Assembly: GCA_938046735.1 (NCBI GenBank)
Contig: CALIXF010000003.1
Span: forward strand, 16,463 to 80,462
Direction: 5' to 3'
DNA length: 64,000 bases
Origin: an uncultured Candidatus Saccharibacteria bacterium
GTDB taxonomy: Bacteria; Patescibacteriota; Saccharimonadia; Saccharimonadales; Saccharimonadaceae
Every line of letters starts with the position of its first letter. Position 1 is the first letter of the stretch. Both the position numbers and the translations under genes were made by a program. Shown piece by piece: positions 8,887 through 17,887 of the stretch. Below the pieces are notes generated by a model that was not told the DNA's origin, did no database searches, and saw nothing but the letters and a program-made list of their open reading frames with translations.

Positions 8887-9005
8887 GAGTTTTTTGGTTA
8901 ATTCTTGTAAGTTATGTTTTGCAGTATGTTTGAACTAAAAATCTATAGTTTAAGGATGATTTGGTGAGTTTACGATACAGATTTATTTATGATAGAATGA
9001 GAAAT

Positions 9006-9093
9006 GGAAGCGTGGCCGAGTGGTTGAAGGCGCACGACTCGAAATCGTGTGGACAGAAATGTCTCGGAGGTTCGAATCCTCTCGCTTCCGCCA
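9006..9093 (+). tRNA. tRNA-Ser (anticodon CGA), class II
   Basis: GGAAGCG...CGCTTCC acceptor, anticodon stem CACGA/TCGTG with loop CTCGAAA, long variable arm, T-loop GGTTCGAATCC, CCA. Confidence 0.85.
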
Positions 9094-9129
9094 GAGATCT
9101 CAAATATGAATATTTGAGATTATTTTTTA
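9094..9129. terminator. bidirectional Rho-independent terminator (ATCTCAAATA-TGAA-TATTTGAGAT followed by a T-run) between tRNA-Ser and the convergent sugar-transferase gene
   Basis: 10-bp perfect inverted repeat followed by TTATTTTTTAT. Confidence 0.65.
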
Positions 9130-10608
9130 TTCGCTTCCCTTGCCGGTAAGAACGGCGGCAAAAGTTTTGAGGAGGATTTTAAGGTCGCCGGTGATACTCC
9201 AGTGATCAATGTAGAAACAGTCTAGACGGACAATTTCTTCAAAGTCGGTGATTTCGCTACGGCCGGAAACTTGCCAGAGACCGGTGATGCCAGGTTTGAT
9301 ACTAATACGACGCTTATGGTGGGCGGAATATTGTTGATATTCATTAACTGTCGGAGGACGAGTGCCGATGAGAGACATACTGCCCTCTAAAACATTGAAA
9401 AATTGAGGCAACTCATCAATGCTAGTTTTTCGAAGAAATTTACCAACTCTGGTAATGCGGGGATCATTTTTCATTTTAAACATAAAACCCTGCATTTCAT
9501 TTTGATTTTTGAGGGTTTGGAGTTTGGCTTCAGCGTCTTGATACATAGAACGGAATTTATAAATGTAGAAATATTTGCCATTACGACCTACACGTTTTTG
9601 TTTAAAAATAATGGGTCCGGGATCTTCAAGAAAAATAAGAGGAGCGACGATGATACCAAATAGAATGCAGATAAAACAGCCTACAAGAGCGCCAAGAATA
9701 TCCATTAGGCGTTTTAAAAGTAATTCCCCATCGGTGAAGAGACGAGGAGAAAGACGGATAACGTTGGTGGTGCCAAAGTCTTCAAGTTTGGTTTCAAGAG
9801 TTTCAATAGCAAAGCTGTCGATAGTAATAAGTGAATCGATACCCATTTCACTAAAAGCTTCAATGAGATGCTCGATTTTCTTACGGACGATATGATTAAC
9901 GTTGAAAATGACGAGATCGACTTGATGTCGTTTGGCATAATCAAGCATAGGGAGGGAGAATTCTTTTAATTCAATGGTAGCAAGAGGATCAGGGTTTTGG
10001 GGAGCTTCATCGGTATTTTTCTTTGAAGTAGATATCTTTTCTGTAAGAGCACGAATTTTTACTTTATAGAAACGTCCGTCTTGTTTATTAGAAAGTGAAG
10101 TGACACCAATGATTTCACAGTCCTCAGCGTTTAATTTTTGAATGTTATAGACAGCTTTTTCAAGGGAGCTACTATCGGTGATGACAATGGTTTTTTTGGT
10201 ATGATGTTCAAGGTATTGATGTTTGATTAGGTGAATAAGAAAAAGACAAGCAAAGGAAATGGAAAAATTAATAGAAAAGAAAGTGCCAAAGAAGAGACGC
10301 GGAATACTATCACTAATATGAGTGGTATAAACGATGGTGGAGAAAATGATAGCCATAAAAACATTAGTGAGGAAGGCAGACTTTAAATGCCTTAAAATAC
10401 CACGTTTAGCGGTGATGGGATTGTAATGATAAAAAGTAAATACGATGAAAAAAGAGAGGAGAAGATAAAGGAAGACAGTGGAGTCTTTAAGGTGGCGAAA
10501 GGCAACATCGGAAGGATCCCAGCCGAAACGTGAGAGGTAGGCAATTAGGAAAGAAATAATGATTGAAAAAAGATTTGCAAAAAATAACCCAACGCGATGA
10601 TTTGACAT
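9127..10608 (-). CDS. polyprenyl-phosphate sugar phosphotransferase (bacterial sugar transferase, WbaP/CpsE-like), initiating glycosyltransferase
   Basis: 493 aa; N-terminal TM helices; C-terminal conserved bacterial sugar-transferase domain (GPIIFKQKRVGRNGKYFYIYKFRSM...DELPQFFNVLEGSMSLIGTRP). Confidence 0.85.
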   Translation of the reverse strand: MSNHRVGLFFANLFSIIISFLIAYLSRFGWDPSDVAFRHLKDSTVFLYLLLSFFIVFTFYHYNPITAKRGILRHLKSAFLTNVFMAIIFSTIVYTTHISDSIPRLFFGTFFSINFSISFACLFLIHLIKHQYLEHHTKKTIVITDSSSLEKAVYNIQKLNAEDCEIIGVTSLSNKQDGRFYKVKIRALTEKISTSKKNTDEAPQNPDPLATIELKEFSLPMLDYAKRHQVDLVIFNVNHIVRKKIEHLIEAFSEMGIDSLITIDSFAIETLETKLEDFGTTNVIRLSPRLFTDGELLLKRLMDILGALVGCFICILFGIIVAPLIFLEDPGPIIFKQKRVGRNGKYFYIYKFRSMYQDAEAKLQTLKNQNEMQGFMFKMKNDPRITRVGKFLRKTSIDELPQFFNVLEGSMSLIGTRPPTVNEYQQYSAHHKRRISIKPGITGLWQVSGRSEITDFEEIVRLDCFYIDHWSITGDLKILLKTFAAVLTGKGSE

Positions 10609-10666
10609 ATTGCGTATATTATAGCATAAAATGTATTTTTTTAAAGAGAAGAGACTGGTAATTCTC

Positions 10667-10675
10667 TGTTATAAT
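10667..10675 (+). promoter_or_regulatory. extended -10 promoter (TGTTATAAT) for the HIT-valS operon
   Basis: TGnTATAAT 38 nt upstream of the HIT ATG, which has an AAGGGAG Shine-Dalgarno sequence. Confidence 0.5.
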
Positions 10676-10712
10676 AGTAAAAAGGTGTAATTTACATAAA
10701 TAAAGGGAGTTT

Positions 10713-11096
10713 ATGGGGAGTATTTTTTCGAAGATTATTGCAGGTGAGATTCCATGCTATAAAATTTACGAAGATGATAAAACTTTGGCTTTTTTGGATA
10801 TTCATCCAGAGACGCCGGGACATGCATTGGTGGTACCAAAGGTGGAAGTAGACAAGCTGTATGATCTTGAGATGGAAGATTATTTGGCGGTAATGAAGAC
10901 GGTGAAAATGTTGGCCAGACGAATGGAAAAAGTGCTTGGTGCGAGAACATTGATAAAAGTGATTGGTACTGATGTGCCACATGCGCATGTTCATCTGGTA
11001 ACATTTGATCCAAACTATAAATATGGACAAGAAGTAAAAATGACCGAAGCAGAGATGAAGAAAATGCAAACAAGACTAATGGAAGGAGTGGAATAA
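10713..11096 (+). CDS. HIT-family (histidine triad) nucleotide hydrolase
   Basis: 127 aa; C-terminal HAHVHLV histidine-triad motif; stop overlaps the valS start (TAATG). Confidence 0.8.
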   Translation: MGSIFSKIIAGEIPCYKIYEDDKTLAFLDIHPETPGHALVVPKVEVDKLYDLEMEDYLAVMKTVKMLARRMEKVLGARTLIKVIGTDVPHAHVHLVTFDPNYKYGQEVKMTEAEMKKMQTRLMEGVE

Positions 11097-13786
11097 TGAA
11101 ATTTTCACCATCTTATAATCCGGCGGATTTTGAGACGGATATTTACGCAGCTTGGGAGGCAGCTTCTAAATTTTTGCCTGCAAGAGAAGATCGTGGAGGG
11201 AGAACTGGACGAGAGTCTAAGCGTTATTCGATTGTGATGCCACCACCCAATGCAAATGGCAATTTGCACATTGGTCATGGCTTAACAGTGGCAATTGAGG
11301 ATGCCTTGACCCGATATTATCGCTTGCGGGGACGAAGAACTTGGTATATACCAGGGGCGGATCACGCTGGTTTCGAGACATGGGTGGTTTATGAAAGAGA
11401 ACTGGAGAAGCAAGGCAAAACACGTTTTATGTATTCTAGGGATGAACTTTATGCGCGTGTCTGGGATTTTGTGCAAGAAAAACGGGGCGCGATGGAATTG
11501 CAACTTCGTGCGTTGGGGGCTTCTTGTTCCTGGAAAGACTTAACTTTTACCTTGGATGAAAATGTAGTAAGACAGACGTATCGAACATTTGAAAGAATGT
11601 GGCAGGATGGGTTGATCTATAGGGGTGAAAAGTTAGTAAATTATTGCACAAAACATCAGACGGCATTTGCGGATATTGAAGTGGAGTATAAAGACGAAGA
11701 AGGCAAGTTATATGAAATTAAATATCCACTAGCAAGCACTGAAGGATATGTTGTTGTTTCTACAACACGTCCAGAAACATTGTTTGGCGATGTGGCTGTG
11801 GCAGTTAATCCAGCTGATGCGCGTTATGCTGAGGTTTTGGGTGAGCGCCTTTCCCTGCCGTTGACTCGACGAGAGATTCCAGTAATTGCCGATCAACATG
11901 CGGATATGGAATATGGAACTGGTGCGGTAAAAATTACTCCGGCACATGACGTGGATGATTTTGAAGTTGGTGAGAGACATGATCTGCCTAGGATTTCAGT
12001 AATTGGAACAGATGGACGAATGTTGCCAGTTTGTGGCTCAGAATATGAGGGGTTAACGGTTTTGGAGTGTCGTAAAAAAGTATTGAAAGACCTGGAAATG
12101 GCAGGACTTCTTCTATCAGAAAAGAAGATAAAACACTCGGTGGCACATTGTTATAAATGCGGTACGGTAATTGAGCCAATGTTGAAAGAACAATGGTTTG
12201 TGGACACTTCAAAATTAGCAAAAATGGCAATTGAGCATTTGAATAATAATGAGATAAAGTTTTATCCAGAAAATAAATTGAAGGTTCTGATTAATTATTT
12301 AGAGGGGTTGAAGGATTGGAATATTTCAAGGCAAATTCCTTGGGGGATTGCAATTCCAATGTTTAAAAAAGTGGACAAGAATGAGCCGGGACCGGAATGG
12401 CGATTTGACGTGCGAACACATCTATCTGAAATTGAGGTCGGGGGCGTGAAATATGTGCGAGACGAGGATACTTTTGATACATGGTTCTCTTCTTCGCATT
12501 GGCCAATTGTTTGTACGAATTGGGAAGAAGGTGTGGGAAGTGAGTTTTATCCTCTAAATACGATGGAGACTGGTGCAGATATCTTATTTGCCTGGGTAGC
12601 GAGAATGATTATGGTGGGAATTTACGTGACTGGAGAGGTACCATTTAAGGAAGTTTATCTTCACGGACTGGTTTTGGATGCACATGGGAAGAAAATGTCA
12701 AAATCAAAAGGCAACGTAATTAATCCAATGGACATGATTATGCAATACGGTTCGGACGCCTTTAGGCTAGGAATTTTACGTGGACGTTCGGCTGGCTTAA
12801 ACCAGGCATTTTCTGAGAATTCGGTGATATCTGGGCGTAATCTTTGTAATAAACTTTGGAATATCTCTCGTTTTATTCAAGGAGTTGTAGACACGGAGGA
12901 GAAAGAGAAAGGTTTTTCGGAGGCGGATGTTTCTGTGGTACTCGGGGAGGAAATAGATTCTGCGGTTCATCAGACTGGTAGTGATTCGATTAATCCTGAA
13001 GTATATCAATATACAACGAATAATATGGGTGAGGATTGGATTTGTCGCGAAATTAATCGTGCTAGAGGGGTGCTTGAACAATGTATGGTTTCATATCGAT
13101 TTTCAGAAGCTGTCGAAACAATTTATGAACTGATTTGGAATAAATATGCTGATTGGTTTCTTGAGAGTCAGAAGATTTATAAGAATATTTCCCTGCTTAA
13201 AGTTACTCTTGAGTCGATTTTAACAATGCTACATCCATTTGCACCATTTATAACAGAGGCGATTTGGCAGAATCTGTCATGGACGGACGGGATGATTATT
13301 GATGCAATGTGGCCATCAGAGATGAGCTATGATGTGATATCTGCAGAGAATTTTGAGCGTTTAGCCGAGGTGGTTTCAGAAATTCGTGGAACTGAGGCTG
13401 CACTCGCAAAGTTTAACAGAGGTAAAAAATTCGGATTATTAGTGGGCGAAGATATCTTAGTGAACGATAATTTGTTGCTTGTAAAGTTTCTGTCGAGAGT
13501 TCCTTCAATTGCCTCGACCAACGGTTCCCCTAGGGGTCTCAGGCTTGCAGTGCTTAATCATGAATTATATCTTGACGTTCCGGAAAAAATTGTGGTTGAT
13601 TTTAAAGATGAGCTGGAGGCGAAGATATTAGCGATTGGGCGTGAACTTGATGGGCTTAATGCAAGGATGATGAACCCACGATATGTGGAAAAAGCTCCTC
13701 AACAGTTAGTTCGGGAAACAAGAAATTGTATTGACGAGAAAAATGAGCAGATTGAGAGGCTAAAACAACAACTTTCTGTGATCTAG
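11096..13786 (+). CDS. valS: valine--tRNA ligase
   Basis: 896 aa; class I HIGH (PPNANGNLHIGHGL) and KMSKS motifs; editing and anticodon-binding regions; C-terminal coiled coil. Confidence 0.95.
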   Translation: MKFSPSYNPADFETDIYAAWEAASKFLPAREDRGGRTGRESKRYSIVMPPPNANGNLHIGHGLTVAIEDALTRYYRLRGRRTWYIPGADHAGFETWVVYERELEKQGKTRFMYSRDELYARVWDFVQEKRGAMELQLRALGASCSWKDLTFTLDENVVRQTYRTFERMWQDGLIYRGEKLVNYCTKHQTAFADIEVEYKDEEGKLYEIKYPLASTEGYVVVSTTRPETLFGDVAVAVNPADARYAEVLGERLSLPLTRREIPVIADQHADMEYGTGAVKITPAHDVDDFEVGERHDLPRISVIGTDGRMLPVCGSEYEGLTVLECRKKVLKDLEMAGLLLSEKKIKHSVAHCYKCGTVIEPMLKEQWFVDTSKLAKMAIEHLNNNEIKFYPENKLKVLINYLEGLKDWNISRQIPWGIAIPMFKKVDKNEPGPEWRFDVRTHLSEIEVGGVKYVRDEDTFDTWFSSSHWPIVCTNWEEGVGSEFYPLNTMETGADILFAWVARMIMVGIYVTGEVPFKEVYLHGLVLDAHGKKMSKSKGNVINPMDMIMQYGSDAFRLGILRGRSAGLNQAFSENSVISGRNLCNKLWNISRFIQGVVDTEEKEKGFSEADVSVVLGEEIDSAVHQTGSDSINPEVYQYTTNNMGEDWICREINRARGVLEQCMVSYRFSEAVETIYELIWNKYADWFLESQKIYKNISLLKVTLESILTMLHPFAPFITEAIWQNLSWTDGMIIDAMWPSEMSYDVISAENFERLAEVVSEIRGTEAALAKFNRGKKFGLLVGEDILVNDNLLLVKFLSRVPSIASTNGSPRGLRLAVLNHELYLDVPEKIVVDFKDELEAKILAIGRELDGLNARMMNPRYVEKAPQQLVRETRNCIDEKNEQIERLKQQLSVI

Positions 13787-13807
13787 CACCTCTGTTTGAT
13801 AAAGAAA

Positions 13808-13833
13808 AAATAGGCTAATGGCCTATTTTTTAA
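13808..13833 (+). terminator. Rho-independent terminator after valS (ATAGGC-TAATG-GCCTAT followed by a T-run)
   Basis: Inverted repeat followed by TTTTTT about 20 nt after the valS stop. Confidence 0.6.
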
Positions 13834-13994
13834 TAATTTTGGTTTGATATGAGGCGAAATAAAAAGTGCATGAAATTTATGGATAATTCCCTCTTTGATA
13901 TATGTGATTTAGATGAAAATGCAAATAAAAAACAGTGTTTCCCTGTTGGACACGTGAAAATACTTGTGCTAAATTGTAAAATAAAAACTAATGC

Positions 13995-14023
13995 TTGACA
14001 TTATCAAGTTCTTATTTTATAAA
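13995..14023 (+). promoter_or_regulatory. near-consensus sigma70-type promoter (TTGACA-N17-TATAAA) inside a non-coding gap
   Basis: Perfect -35 TTGACA, 17-nt spacer and -10 TATAAA; no canonical CDS follows within 300 nt. Confidence 0.5.
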
Positions 14024-14321
14024 ATGTACGATATTTTGATATGACCAATTACTGTATTTTTTTGATTTTTAGAAAAATTAAGAGCCAGTAATTGTTATGT
14101 TTATAATACCGCTTGTGGGTTGCTAAGTCAATAGGATGTCAATGACAGGTGAGTAATAAAAGGTGGAATGGGGAATTATCAAAAATTGTGGATATTAAGT
14201 ATATTTTTGTAACTTTGATTATTTTGTAGGTTGTTTGTTTTTCAAGTCAAAAAATATGTTAAGTTGATTAACTTTCTGGTTATTCAAAAAGGGCAGGGAA
14301 CTATGGTAGAATTTAGATGTG

Positions 14322-14516
14322 GCTTATATTAGAAAATTCAAAACTGCTTCGGGGGCGATTGGGGTGCAAGTTTGTTATAAAGAGCACAGTAAGATTGTGA
14401 AAACAATACATGTTGGCTCGGCAAATTCACCGGAAGGGTTGAATAAACTTCTAATTAAGGCGCAAGCAATTATTGATAAAGGGAAGAATTCGCTTTTTAA
14501 TTTGAGCGATTTTTGA
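14322..14516 (+). pseudogene. possible remnant of a tyrosine recombinase/phage integrase (N-terminal arm-binding-like fragment only)
   Basis: 65-codon GTG-initiated ORF; VAYIRKFKTASGAIGVQVCYKE resembles the N-terminal IRKR-G-x-WQ-x-V arm-binding segment of phage integrases; no catalytic domain follows. Confidence 0.3.
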
Positions 14517-14560
14517 TCTTTCTTTTTTGGACGTATAGGCCTTTGTTTTTGATTGCGTAT

Positions 14561-14593
14561 TTTAACTAATGCATTTTATGCACTAGTTAAAAA
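14561..14593. repeat. palindrome copy 1 (TTTTAACTAATGCAT-TTT-ATGCACTAGTTAAAA)
   Basis: Near-perfect inverted repeat; second copy 141 bp downstream. Confidence 0.7.
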
Positions 14594-14704
14594 ATGTAGT
14601 AATTATAAGATTATTATAAGAAGCTTAATTTTGAGATTGGATTAAAAATTTCCTGTATTGATTATATCTTTTATTATATTGATTGTTTGTAAGTCAATAA
14701 AAAT

Positions 14705-14729
14705 AACTAGTGCATTTTTTGCACTAGTT
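14705..14729. repeat. palindrome copy 2 (AACTAGTGCA-TTTTTT-GCACTAGTT), perfect; possible terminator for the convergent NUDIX gene
   Basis: Perfect 10-bp arms; T-rich flank on the minus strand, 126 bp beyond the NUDIX stop. Confidence 0.7.
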
Positions 14730-14854
14730 CGGAATTTACGTAATGTTATATTAGATTTTTGTGGAGGTGGGTTTTTGTTCTTGTAGATTTTTAAATATTT
14801 TTTATTTTGAATTTTTGTGTGTAAAATATTGTGCGACTTTAGGGGTTTGGGATT

Positions 14855-15466
14855 TTAATGATTGATTTTACGTGTTTTTAAAAAATATTGAAGAAGTTCT
14901 AGAAATCGGTAGCTGATGAATGCGCCTTTATAAGAGGGGAAATTGTGTAATTGTTGTTCATGACAGGTTGTTTGAAAAATTTGAAGAGCTTTGGATAGAG
15001 GTAACCATTTTAGAATATAGTCTTCTTCAAGCTCATCTGGCATATAATTTGAATGAAGGATTTTGTCTGGAAGAGCAGAGAAGAAAAAGGTGGTAGTGAT
15101 AAGATCGTGGCGTTGTTCGTAAATATTACCGATTGGTTTTGGGTCTTTGAGTAAAAAACCGGTTTCTTCTAATGTTTCGCGATTGAGGGTTTGAAGAAGA
15201 GATTCACCGGGTTCGATACCACCACCGGGGATGGCGTAATAATCTTTGGCCCGAGAATAGAGTAGACAGAGTTCTTGATTGTGATTAATTAGTAAGCAAC
15301 GTACGGAATTTCTAATATTGGGATGTTTGACAATTGGTTTCAAAAAATCTGGGTGAGCTGGTTGAGAAACTTTGGCTAAGAAAAAAACTTGATTTAGATT
15401 TTGGATAGTATGATTTATAATTTGAATTTCTTGAACTTTGAGATCGGAATAAAAACTATCTTGCAT
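14855..15466 (-). CDS. NUDIX hydrolase
   Basis: 203 aa; Nudix box GGGIEPGESLLQTLNRETLEETG. Confidence 0.8.
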   Translation of the reverse strand: MQDSFYSDLKVQEIQIINHTIQNLNQVFFLAKVSQPAHPDFLKPIVKHPNIRNSVRCLLINHNQELCLLYSRAKDYYAIPGGGIEPGESLLQTLNRETLEETGFLLKDPKPIGNIYEQRHDLITTTFFFSALPDKILHSNYMPDELEEDYILKWLPLSKALQIFQTTCHEQQLHNFPSYKGAFISYRFLELLQYFLKTRKINH

Positions 15467-15517
15467 AATAAATATATTATACTTTATAAAAAAATGGATT
15501 CTCTTGAACTCTTTTGT

Positions 15518-16600
15518 TTATTGAATAATTGAGCGGGGCATAATATTAAGAGTGAACGGATCGGTTGGTGAAATTTGAGATGTAATTTCGTAATAAGCTG
15601 CGGAGGCAACCATGGCTCCATTATCTCCTGAAAAACGAGGTTCTGGAAAATATAGATTAATTTTGTTGTGCAGTTTGGAATTTTGTTGTTCGATAAAAAT
15701 ATTTAGATCATGACGTAGGCGTTGATTAGCAGAAACACCACCTGCAACGATGAGGGATTTAGTCTCGGGATTTTGCCGTAAGGCTAGAGTAATTTTCTCT
15801 AATAAAATATCAACAGTGGTTTGTTCAAAAGAGGCTGCGAAATCGGCGCGTTGTTGATTGGTTAGAAGTGGGGCTAGTTTAGAAGAGGGGAAAGAGATGG
15901 GTTGTTTCGTGGCTTTTTGAACTTCACGAAGGACGGCAGTTTTAAGTCCTGAAAAAGAAAAATCAAGAGTACCTGGCATAGGATGGGGAAAAATGTAAGC
16001 CTTTGGATTACCAGTGATTGCTGCCTTAGTGATAGATGGGCCTCCTGGGTATGGTAAACCAAGGATTTTAGCTATTTTATCAAAACATTCACCAACTGCA
16101 TCGTCACGAGTGGTGCCAATAATCTCAAACTGTTGATGTGCAGACATTTTAACGATTTGAGTATGGCCACCTGAGATGATTAGAGCAATAAGAGGAAAGC
16201 AAGGTTCAGTTTGACTTTGGAGCCAGTTAGCATAGATGTGAGATTTGAGGTGGTGAACTGCATAGAGTGGTTTATGTCGTAAGATGGCAAGGGTACGAGC
16301 GGTGAGTGTGCCAACGAGAAGAGGGCCAAGAAGACCGGGGGTATGGGTGACGGCAATAGCATCAATTTTCGACCAATCGTCTTGGCTATGGTTTATTAGT
16401 TTTGCCTCGTGAAAAGCTTGATGGATGGCGGGTAGAATAGCTTCAAGATGTGATCTGGCTGCGATTTCAGGAATTACGCCACCATAGGCGGCAAAAATAT
16501 CAATTTGTGAAACAATAATATTACTAAGGATCTTTTGTCCGTCCTCAACAATGGCAACAGCAGTTTCATCACAAGATGATTCAATTCCCAAAATTCTCAT
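15518..16600 (-). CDS. tsaD: tRNA N6-adenosine threonylcarbamoyltransferase TsaD (Kae1/Gcp family)
   Basis: 360 aa; MRILGIESSCDETAVAIV N-terminus and conserved HxxxH metal-binding region. Confidence 0.9.
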   Translation of the reverse strand: MRILGIESSCDETAVAIVEDGQKILSNIIVSQIDIFAAYGGVIPEIAARSHLEAILPAIHQAFHEAKLINHSQDDWSKIDAIAVTHTPGLLGPLLVGTLTARTLAILRHKPLYAVHHLKSHIYANWLQSQTEPCFPLIALIISGGHTQIVKMSAHQQFEIIGTTRDDAVGECFDKIAKILGLPYPGGPSITKAAITGNPKAYIFPHPMPGTLDFSFSGLKTAVLREVQKATKQPISFPSSKLAPLLTNQQRADFAASFEQTTVDILLEKITLALRQNPETKSLIVAGGVSANQRLRHDLNIFIEQQNSKLHNKINLYFPEPRFSGDNGAMVASAAYYEITSQISPTDPFTLNIMPRSIIQ

Positions 16601-16666
16601 AGAGTAATTATAGTATGAGTGTTATATTTTGTTAACCTTAGGCTGATGAAGTAATTTAAATTGGAA

Positions 16667-17887
16667 TTAGCTAGAAAATTTAAGAGAGTCAATTGGTTTT
16701 TGCTTGGAGGCTTTGATGGCAGGGAATAAACCAAAGAGAATACCCGTAACGAAGGCGAAATAGAAGGCGACAAGACAAATTTCTAAGCTAATAAAGGGCT
16801 TGAAGGGAGTAAAGGTTGAGCAAAAGATGGCGATTAGATAGCCAAGAAGAAAGCCACCGATGCAGCCGACAAGGACGAGAATGATGCTTTCAAAAAGAAA
16901 TTGCATGAAAATATGAGTATTAGTGGCGCCGATGGCTTTGCGAATACCGATTTCGTGGGTTCGTTCGGTGACAGAAACAAGCATAAGGTTCATAACACTA
17001 ATACCGCCAATGAAGAGTGAAATGGCAGCAATACTACCAAGCATAATGGAAATTATAGAAAAGAAATTACTGGCGGGATGGGTGATATGTGAACCGTAAT
17101 TTACAGTAAAATTACTGGATGAGCCTTTAAGATCGGTGAGGGATTTTGTGATTTTTTCGGCAGTAGATTCTAATTGCTTGTCGTCCTTAACTGTGATATT
17201 GATTTGTTGGATTTGAGGATTGAGATTTTTGATTTGATTAAGGTCAACAATGACGGCTTGATCAAAATCTACACCGTTAAAATTGACAGGATTTTCAGTT
17301 TTTTGCAGAGTACCAATAATGATAAATTTGTGGCCTGCAAAAGAAAATGTTTTGCCGATCGGTTCACTCGAGCCAAAAAGTTGGAGTGCAAGAGAGTGGC
17401 CAATAACAGCAGATTTTAAATCATTATCTTGAATAAAATTACCGGATTTAAGATCTAGGTTTAAGATCGGCTTTAGATCAGAATTAGTGGCTAGAATTGT
17501 GGCTGACTCAACTGTGTGATCACCAGTGGCCGTTTCATGAAGAATAGCAATAGGGGCGATATTCTTGATATTATCGCTAGATTCTTTTATTTTGATGAGA
17601 TCTTCTGCGGTTAGATTTGAATTATTGAAATGATTGGAATTTGTGAGTTCGTCGATGATATTATTTAGATTATTTTTATTATTAGCAGGACGGACTAAAA
17701 TTAGTTGTTGATTGAGAGCTTTGACTTGTGAAGAAATTAATTGTGATATACTCCCAGCGAGACTGAGGATAAGAATAATGCTGCCGATACCAACGGAAAT
17801 ACCAAAGCAAGTGAAAAAACTACGAAATTTATGTTTTTTGAGAGAGTTTTTGGCGATCTCAAAATTAGTACGAAGAAGTAGTGACAT
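16667..17887 (-). CDS. ABC transporter permease, FtsX/MacB family (TM1, large extracytoplasmic domain, 3 C-terminal TMs)
   Basis: 406 aa; FtsX-like topology; start overlaps the upstream ATPase stop (TAATG). Confidence 0.8.
   Translation of the reverse strand: MSLLLRTNFEIAKNSLKKHKFRSFFTCFGISVGIGSIILILSLAGSISQLISSQVKALNQQLILVRPANNKNNLNNIIDELTNSNHFNNSNLTAEDLIKIKESSDNIKNIAPIAILHETATGDHTVESATILATNSDLKPILNLDLKSGNFIQDNDLKSAVIGHSLALQLFGSSEPIGKTFSFAGHKFIIIGTLQKTENPVNFNGVDFDQAVIVDLNQIKNLNPQIQQINITVKDDKQLESTAEKITKSLTDLKGSSSNFTVNYGSHITHPASNFFSIISIMLGSIAAISLFIGGISVMNLMLVSVTERTHEIGIRKAIGATNTHIFMQFLFESIILVLVGCIGGFLLGYLIAIFCSTFTPFKPFISLEICLVAFYFAFVTGILFGLFPAIKASKQKPIDSLKFSS

Noticed and set aside
9403-9944. 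ORFs of 76-106 aa antisense to the sugar-transferase gene
   Set aside because: They are nested in a well-supported CDS, have no start context and give low-complexity translations.
10692-11073. 125- and 112-aa minus-strand ORFs overlapping the HIT gene
   Set aside because: The HIT protein on the plus strand has a clear histidine-triad motif, Shine-Dalgarno sequence and operon context; the antisense ORFs are compositional artefacts.
14561-14729. Possible CRISPR array or MITE suggested by the repeated palindromes
   Set aside because: Only two copies are present. Each copy is a palindrome, unlike the direct repeats of a CRISPR array. No regular spacer structure is present and no cas genes lie nearby. 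The window contains no other short direct-repeat array.
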